From a virus (Duplodnaviria; Caudoviricetes), in the IMG/VR virus record IMGVR_UViG_3300032050_000002: 64,000 nt of DNA, one strand, 5' to 3'. Both the position numbers and the translations under genes were made by a program. This document shows, piece after piece, positions 57,453 to 64,000 of this stretch. Each line of letters begins with the position of its first letter. Positions within the stretch are counted from its first letter, which is position 1. A model generated the notes under the pieces. It was not told where the DNA came from and made no database searches. It saw only the letters and a list, made by a program, of their open reading frames with translations.

Positions 57453-58954
57453 TGTTTAATAAATTTTTTTAAATATTTTAAATTATCAATTACAAATGGA
57501 GTTAGGTTTTCTAAATAATCCTTCTCTTCTCTTTCTTTTCTTTCAGGCTCATTTTTTCTTGTTTGACTTTCTAAATGATATGCTACTAAATTACTATCAC
57601 AATAATTAACATAACCTAAAGTTAGACATTTACAATTTAGTTCAAAATCTTCTAAATGTATATCATATTTTTCATTAAAATATCCACAAATTTCAAAAAC
57701 TTTTTTTCTAATCATTAACAATGCTGCGGTAGAACCAAGAACATCGTGTAAATTAACTGAATGATTGTAATAATGTTTAGCACCAAAATGTTTTAAAACA
57801 AATACTTTAAACTTATCAAAAAACGGCGTAATACCATCATGTTGCACTGTATTATCTTCATAATGAAGTCTTGCGCCAACAGTTCCGGTATTTTTATTAT
57901 TTTTAAATGTATTTAACATTCCATATATAACGTTATTTAACACAACAATATCATTATTACAAAATAGTAAAAACTCGTATTCACTGTTAACATGGTTTTT
58001 AACCACGTCATTATTTATTTTTGCAAAATTATAATAATCGTATTCTATTAATTTTATATTACCCAACTTTAATATATTAGTTTTAATATATTCTTTTTCA
58101 TCAGGTTCAGAACCCGTATCGGCAATAAAAATGTCAAATAGATTAGAGTTACAATTTTGGTAGAAAGATTTAATACAATTCTCCAACATCTCAACTTTTC
58201 CTTTGGTTGGGATTATTACCGCTACTTTACCAATATTTTTTATTGGTCGTTCTTTAATTTGAGGTATATAAATTTTTTCAGGTTTTAAATCTAACGGTAG
58301 TTTACTTCCCCATTTTTCCAAAAATTTTGATTTTGATGTAAAAAACTCATGATTGGGTTGACCCACAGATTCGTGAGTAATTTCAAAAGAAGATGTAACA
58401 CCTATTTTAATACCATCCAAATAATTAGGAATACAAAAAGAATGGTCATAAAAATGAAATCTACCTATAGTCTCATCAAAATTATGTTTAATTTTTCTTT
58501 TATCAAAAGAAATAAAAAGACCATCAATTGTTACAACGGAAACTAAAAAAGGTAATTTCGGAGAATACCTACTTAACCATTTCTTTTGTCCTTGAGGTTG
58601 ATGATAAACTTGCCCAACCATAGTCTCTTTCATTTTCTCCCAGTAAATTCCTGATTCAGGAAAATAACAACTACCTGCCTTTCCGATTATGCCGAAGTCT
58701 GAATTATTAGAATAATCTTCTAATAATTTTTTACCCCAATTTTTTTCTAATTTTATATCATTATGACAACATACAACAATATCATATATCGATTCATTAA
58801 TTCCTTTGTTGTAAATTTCAGCTAAAGAATATTGGTTATGATTTAAATATTCTAAGATTTGAACGTCTTTAATACCAACACTTTTAACTAAATGTTCTTT
58901 AAATTTAAGATTATAATCTAAATCTTTATGAGTGGAATAAATTATTGTTATCAT
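57449..58954 (-). CDS. Two-domain glycosyltransferase (GT2_5-like + GT2)
   Basis: VCCHNDI...DGLF...FHFYD domain, then VIIPTK..IADTGS..NFAKINN..FCNND..EDFEL domain. Confidence 0.85.
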   Translation of the reverse strand: MITIIYSTHKDLDYNLKFKEHLVKSVGIKDVQILEYLNHNQYSLAEIYNKGINESIYDIVVCCHNDIKLEKNWGKKLLEDYSNNSDFGIIGKAGSCYFPESGIYWEKMKETMVGQVYHQPQGQKKWLSRYSPKLPFLVSVVTIDGLFISFDKRKIKHNFDETIGRFHFYDHSFCIPNYLDGIKIGVTSSFEITHESVGQPNHEFFTSKSKFLEKWGSKLPLDLKPEKIYIPQIKERPIKNIGKVAVIIPTKGKVEMLENCIKSFYQNCNSNLFDIFIADTGSEPDEKEYIKTNILKLGNIKLIEYDYYNFAKINNDVVKNHVNSEYEFLLFCNNDIVVLNNVIYGMLNTFKNNKNTGTVGARLHYEDNTVQHDGITPFFDKFKVFVLKHFGAKHYYNHSVNLHDVLGSTAALLMIRKKVFEICGYFNEKYDIHLEDFELNCKCLTLGYVNYCDSNLVAYHLESQTRKNEPERKEREEKDYLENLTPFVIDNLKYLKKFIKQ

Positions 58955-59550
58955 ATACCAGTACTTCCAAATCCGTTATTACCTCTATCTTTTTCAGGAA
59001 GAACATTCCTTTCAACCAAGTCAACCCACTTACCATTAACCACAGGACATAAAACCGCTTGCGCAATTTTCATCCCCTTTTTAATTGTAAATGGTTCTTT
59101 ATTTGTGTTAAAAAGTATAACTTTAACCTCACCCAAATACCCGCTATCAACTGTGCCAGGTGAATTAAGACACATTAACCCTTGATTAATCGCTAACCCA
59201 CTTTTACTTCTAACTTGAATTTCATATCCGTCTTTGATGTCAAAAGATAATCCTGTTGGAATTAACGCTCTTCCTAAACCTACAATAGTAATTTCTTCTG
59301 TAGAGTATAAATCAAACCCTGAATCCGATTCATAATTATAGTATGGTGATGTTGAATCGTCATTAACTCTATAATATCCCAATTCTAATTTTCCAGTATG
59401 GTTAATCATGTCAGACTCAAGAGCTTTGATATCGACACCGTATTCATCATAGATAATATCAAAATCAATATCTTCTTTATTGTCGGATAAATAACTATTA
59501 AGTTTATCCAAGTCTTCTTTTAATTTGTTAAAATCAGGTTCTTTAATCAT
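58951..59550 (-). CDS. dut: dUTPase (trimeric type)
   Basis: SGFDL, RSKSGLA, GTVDSGYLGE, KIAQ, RGNNGFGSTG. Confidence 0.95.
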   Translation of the reverse strand: MIKEPDFNKLKEDLDKLNSYLSDNKEDIDFDIIYDEYGVDIKALESDMINHTGKLELGYYRVNDDSTSPYYNYESDSGFDLYSTEEITIVGLGRALIPTGLSFDIKDGYEIQVRSKSGLAINQGLMCLNSPGTVDSGYLGEVKVILFNTNKEPFTIKKGMKIAQAVLCPVVNGKWVDLVERNVLPEKDRGNNGFGSTGI

Positions 59551-60248
59551 TTTAAATCTTTTAATTTTTTAATTATTTCTATTAATACATTAACATCTTT
59601 TTCGCAATACTCTGAAATTTTTTCCAAACTTTTTTCACGCCAATAATATTCATGAATATTTTCTCCCGTAACCTCCCCATTTTTTGGCGTCTCAATTCCA
59701 AGACAAGAGCATAATAAATCCAATGAACCTATAGAACTATATGACCCGTATTGCCATATCTCTTTGGTGTCAATCGCCTTAACCTCCCAAGGTTTTGTGT
59801 CGTATGAAGGTAATATTGATGGTGGTAAAATACCATTAATAATCATTCTTTTTGCAAGGACAGGAATATCAAAGTTTTTTAAATTATGCCCACAAAGAAA
59901 GAAATCTAATTTACCACATCTATCAAGTAATTTTTGAACACCGATTAAGATTTCTTTTTCGTCATGACCTGAAAATGTTTGTTTTTTAACATCACCATTA
60001 TCCATTACAAACGCAACACTAACACAAATAATTTTTGAAAATTCAGGTACAAGACCTGAACGTTTAGAAAACATATCATTAATGTTTAATGAGGAATCTT
60101 CAGGAAATCTTTTTTGAAACCAATCGAAGTATTTTTCAAATCTGTTGGCTAATTCAGGTTTTGATTCACCACAAGAATTAAAATCTTTACATCCTCCGAC
60201 AGTTTCAATATCGATAAATAAAATTTTTGTTATTGGAATTTTTATCAT
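59547..60248 (-). CDS. PolB-type 3'-5' exonuclease (stand-alone DEDD)
   Basis: FIDIET, GHNLKNFDIP, IDT, YCEKDV. Confidence 0.88.
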   Translation of the reverse strand: MIKIPITKILFIDIETVGGCKDFNSCGESKPELANRFEKYFDWFQKRFPEDSSLNINDMFSKRSGLVPEFSKIICVSVAFVMDNGDVKKQTFSGHDEKEILIGVQKLLDRCGKLDFFLCGHNLKNFDIPVLAKRMIINGILPPSILPSYDTKPWEVKAIDTKEIWQYGSYSSIGSLDLLCSCLGIETPKNGEVTGENIHEYYWREKSLEKISEYCEKDVNVLIEIIKKLKDLK

Positions 60249-61459
60249 TTTACTAAAGTTTTATACCAATCTGCTCTATTCTTTGTAACATTTTTAAGAT
60301 GATATGTATCTTTAACTGTTTCATATAATCTATTACCCATGTCTTCAATCATATTTGGATTTTGAATTAATTTCTTAATGTATTTGTTCCAATCACTATG
60401 ATTTCTTGATTCTTCAACTAATAAAGCGTTACCATTAACAAAGTTACCATCTTTTAATGAATGTGTCAAGTCAATTGTATAAGGACCCACTTTTGAAGCT
60501 ATTAATGCTTTTTTATAGAAACCTGCTTCAATAACTTTTAATTGAGATTTAACTCGGTTGAAAATATGATTTTTAATTGGGGCTAAAGATATGTCAAACT
60601 TTGAATAGTTTTTAGCGTAAGATGTTACAGGTAAAGTCCAAACTCTTCTATAAGGTATTGTTGTATCAGAAGTATACTCTTCTTGTTTAAATTCTAATAA
60701 GAAATTTTTATAGTTTTCATCAACAATTTTATAATTGTTTGTAAATATTTCTTCATATCTTGCCCAAACAGTTTCATGTGGTTTAATATCTCTTTTCTTT
60801 TGTTCCCCCGTTTCTTTATTAATTTCCGTTACAGTTCCTCTAAGGTCAAATCCACATACAACGTATTGAACTTTATCATTAAACTCTGAGTTTTTAGAAA
60901 CCATACCATCTAATAACATTAAATCGTGTAAGTGAGAAGAACCTCCTAACCAACCAATTCTAATCTTATCTGAAGGTAGTGTTGGCTCTTTAAATTGAGG
61001 TTCATCAGGATTTATTGCATTTGGAAAAACCTCAACGTTTTTATTTAATTTTCTAATTTCATCCGCAAATACCCTTGTAGTTGTTGTAACATAACTAGCG
61101 GCTCTAAGATTGGCCATAATTTTTTGGTCAATCTTGTTTTGAACAATTATGCTATGTATCGGATGTTCTTTTGTTGGTAACCAATAGTCGTCCAAGTCTA
61201 CAATAACGACAATTCCCATAGATTTTAAATGATTGATTAAATTAGGTACTTGGTCATAATCTTGACCAACACTTCTGTGAATATGGACTATCTGATATTT
61301 TTTCCAAAAATTTATATCATTCGCTTTTGGTTCATAATCAATATCCACATGAAAATCATCGGGATACATATTTTGTAACATTACATGAGGGTCTACTGAA
61401 CGGAACTTCCCAACTCCTGTTTTGTCTGAAGGGATAACTAAAACATTAATTTTTGACAT
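60245..61459 (-). CDS. GT-B fold (GT4-like) glycosyltransferase
   Basis: DLDDYW, IGWLGGSSHLHD, DISLAP, KSQLKVIEAG. Confidence 0.85.
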   Translation of the reverse strand: MSKINVLVIPSDKTGVGKFRSVDPHVMLQNMYPDDFHVDIDYEPKANDINFWKKYQIVHIHRSVGQDYDQVPNLINHLKSMGIVVIVDLDDYWLPTKEHPIHSIIVQNKIDQKIMANLRAASYVTTTTRVFADEIRKLNKNVEVFPNAINPDEPQFKEPTLPSDKIRIGWLGGSSHLHDLMLLDGMVSKNSEFNDKVQYVVCGFDLRGTVTEINKETGEQKKRDIKPHETVWARYEEIFTNNYKIVDENYKNFLLEFKQEEYTSDTTIPYRRVWTLPVTSYAKNYSKFDISLAPIKNHIFNRVKSQLKVIEAGFYKKALIASKVGPYTIDLTHSLKDGNFVNGNALLVEESRNHSDWNKYIKKLIQNPNMIEDMGNRLYETVKDTYHLKNVTKNRADWYKTLVK

Positions 61460-61540
61460 AATTTTATTTTCTTTTATAAGAGAAAATATAATATATTAAG
61501 TTGTTTAAATCAATGTTATTATTATAGATTTATAATTATT

Positions 61541-63562
61541 TTATGTTATAAGATTTTTTTCTAAAAACTCGGACAATTTGTCTAAATTAAATTTATCTAA
61601 CATTTTTTGTTTCGTTATTTTTATTTTTTCTTCAAAAAAATTATAATTGTTGTAAACTTCCAATATTTTTTTTGAAGCGTCATCAATATCTGGCTCGGCC
61701 CAATTAGATTTATTGTTTAGTTCAAGATATGCGTTATGACTTGCATCAATCTTTGTAAGATTATAATTAACTAATTGACAATTTTCGTCACAAAAGTCTA
61801 AATTACCTGAAAAATTTGTGCAAACAACAGGAATTTCTAAATTTATTGCCTCCATCATTGTTAACCCTAAACCTTCTGAACGATGTAAAGAAATATATAA
61901 ATCAGCACTGTTAAATAAATCTGAAATTGATTCTCTATCTAATGTTTTATTAATTAAGATAATTCTATCATCTTTAAACTCGTTATGATTAATAAAATCA
62001 TTGTCATTACAATTATGAGTTTTAATAATTAAAACAACGTTTTCATCATTATGAAACGTTTTTTTAAATGACTTAATTGTCGCAAAAGGATTTTTTCTAC
62101 TAACATCACTACCGTAATCAAATGAAAATAGACAAACAAATTTACCATCAAACCCTAATTTTTTTTTAATATTATCTTTATTTTTTTTATCAAAAAAATC
62201 TGTAGGTATATTTAAAGTTTTTATGTTTTTGTTTAAAATATTTCTTTTAAAAGAATCTTCACAAAATTTGGAGATTGTCCAAATTTCATCAAATATTTTA
62301 GATTCTTTAATCCAAGTATCCGGAACATCGGGTAGTTCCCATGCCCATAATACAATATTATATTTATCTTTAATATAATTTTCACCAACAAGGTTTAAAA
62401 ACTTTGTCTCAGGATTACATATTATTAAATTACTATTGAAATAATTAAATTCTTCATTTAACATATAATTTTTATCGTTAAATGAATTTGGGAGATTTAT
62501 ATTAAAAGGTATTTTAGATTTTTTAAGTGATTTTATCACACTTCTCATGATTTGACCTAATCCGCTATCAGTATTTCCATATCCATATAGATTAACACCT
62601 TTAAACTTTTTTAAAAATCTTTCAAAAAGATTATCATCAAAAAAACTATCGACAAATGGTTGATGACACCCAAAAGTATCATCATAAAATTCGTGTTCAA
62701 AAGAAAATTTTTTACAAATTTCAACATTAGGTATATTATATTTATTTATTTTTCTAATAAAATATGAAAAAAACAAATCTTCGTAGTTTTGGTCGATGTC
62801 CGATGGTTTAACACTAAATGAATTATAATTTTTTATAATTTCAATCATAGCGTTTACCGACCTTAAACTTAATCCTCCATTACCAAAATAAACATCAAAA
62901 TCTAAATTATAGTCTTTTTTTATTGAGTCGGAATGTGCAGATGGTCCCCAAGGAGCACCAATATAATCCCATTCTAAAAAAGAGTTGTCAAATTCTTTAA
63001 AAATAAAAGTGTCTGATTGATAAATTAATACTTTCTCACAAGAAATTTTTTCCCAAAATTCCAAACTTAATAGAAGATTATTATATGAATTTCTATCTAT
63101 TTTTTTGTTTTCTAAATTAATGATTTCAATATTAGGTGATATTTCTTTTTTTAAATTTTTAATTTCATTAAAATTATTGTTTCCGCAAAAAATAATATGA
63201 CCCCACCCGTCACCCAACTTTTGTATAGTATTTTTTATTGTGAATTCAATCTGTTTGTTCCATCTAGTTTCAACTATTACAGATTTATTTTTAGAATTTT
63301 CAGATATTTTAGGGAAATTAGGTTCTAAATAACCTAATAATTTTTCACATAAATTATTAAATATTTTAATTTTATTCTCTTTATTTTTTAAAGATAACCA
63401 TTTTTCATTTTTTTTATACAATCTATTTTCTTTACGTCCATAATTAAGATAATGGTGAGTAACTCTTTCTTTTGTTATTATCCCCGCTTTTTTTAAATCA
63501 GGATTATATTTCAAATATAATTTCCAATCAAAGTCTTCAGGTAAAGTTTTATAATTATCCAT
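61541..63562 (-). CDS. Multidomain glycosyltransferase: FDWKxY...HY..YG repeat + DUF5672-like GT-A + GT4
   Basis: FDWKLYLKYNPDL..HYLNYG; YQSD..DYIGAPW..NGGLSLR..EDLFF; WAWE..SLHRSEGLGL..EA. Confidence 0.85.
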   Translation of the reverse strand: MDNYKTLPEDFDWKLYLKYNPDLKKAGIITKERVTHHYLNYGRKENRLYKKNEKWLSLKNKENKIKIFNNLCEKLLGYLEPNFPKISENSKNKSVIVETRWNKQIEFTIKNTIQKLGDGWGHIIFCGNNNFNEIKNLKKEISPNIEIINLENKKIDRNSYNNLLLSLEFWEKISCEKVLIYQSDTFIFKEFDNSFLEWDYIGAPWGPSAHSDSIKKDYNLDFDVYFGNGGLSLRSVNAMIEIIKNYNSFSVKPSDIDQNYEDLFFSYFIRKINKYNIPNVEICKKFSFEHEFYDDTFGCHQPFVDSFFDDNLFERFLKKFKGVNLYGYGNTDSGLGQIMRSVIKSLKKSKIPFNINLPNSFNDKNYMLNEEFNYFNSNLIICNPETKFLNLVGENYIKDKYNIVLWAWELPDVPDTWIKESKIFDEIWTISKFCEDSFKRNILNKNIKTLNIPTDFFDKKNKDNIKKKLGFDGKFVCLFSFDYGSDVSRKNPFATIKSFKKTFHNDENVVLIIKTHNCNDNDFINHNEFKDDRIILINKTLDRESISDLFNSADLYISLHRSEGLGLTMMEAINLEIPVVCTNFSGNLDFCDENCQLVNYNLTKIDASHNAYLELNNKSNWAEPDIDDASKKILEVYNNYNFFEEKIKITKQKMLDKFNLDKLSEFLEKNLIT

Positions 63563-63649
63563 AATGTAAAATTTAATTTTTTAATGAAAAAAATAAATAA
63601 AAAATCCCCACCTTTTTATGTGAGGATTAAGATAGATTAATTAATCTTT

Positions 63650-64000
63650 TTATTGAACTTTTTTAATCTTAGTTAACTTACCTTCAAAAATATGTTTGCC
63701 AACTCTAAATGTAAAAACTTCATTTGATTTGGAAGTCGACTCCACCAATAAACCGTTTTCAGATAATACCTCTTCAATAGTTTCTCTAACAATTAATTTA
63801 ATGGTACTAACATCTAATCCGACAGACTGTTGTTGTACTTGAGGTTTTGGTTGTGATTGACCAATTTGTTTCCCTGAAGCGTCTGTATTCATTAATCTAG
63901 CGGCCTTTTCGACTATATCAGTTGATATTGTAGGACCTGACATAGAATTTGGTTGAGATATTGGATGTTCAATCATTAATCTTTTAATCTCGTCCGGTAA
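63650..64000 (-). CDS. Hypothetical protein, 3' part only (frame open to window edge)
   Basis: Frame continues upstream of ATG 63976 as LPDEIKRLMIEHP. Confidence 0.65.
   Translation of the reverse strand, partial: LPDEIKRLMIEHPISQPNSMSGPTISTDIVEKAARLMNTDASGKQIGQSQPKPQVQQQSVGLDVSTIKLIVRETIEEVLSENGLLVESTSKSNEVFTFRVGKHIFEGKLTKIKKVQ

Noticed and set aside
1-64000. Stop-codon reassignment (seen in some large phages)
   Set aside because: Core genes are full length in the standard code, and TAG/TGA act as real stops

Overview
This window is a 64 kb segment of a large, AT-rich, T4-like (myovirus-type) phage genome, and no host chromosome is evident. The host is very probably a Bacteroidota: there are TTTG-N19/20-TAnnTTTG promoters, SD-less A-rich start regions, Gln-starting signal-peptide proteins, a T9SS type-B sorting domain and a phage bS21. 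Left arm (1-11 kb): four tandem host-type promoters with boxA-like elements drive an ~870-nt highly structured non-coding RNA (GOLLD-like) and a tRNA-fMet. These are followed by a three-gene secreted module ending in a T9SS CTD, a tmRNA, an M20/M28 peptidase, an N-domain-less ClpC and a double-UVR protein. Middle (11-45 kb): the virion morphogenesis block, with terminase, portal, prohead protease, scaffold, major capsid protein, gp5-like spike, a gp55-like late sigma factor, an antisense bS21, and many putative head-cargo proteins sharing short helical motifs (one is a nucleotidyltransferase-M23-PG-binding-GH19 fusion). Right arm (45-64 kb, minus strand): a ~18 kb glycosyltransferase / methyltransferase / sulfotransferase / APS-kinase cluster with phoH, dUTPase and a PolB-type exonuclease. 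All product calls come from motif recognition by eye; no database search was run.
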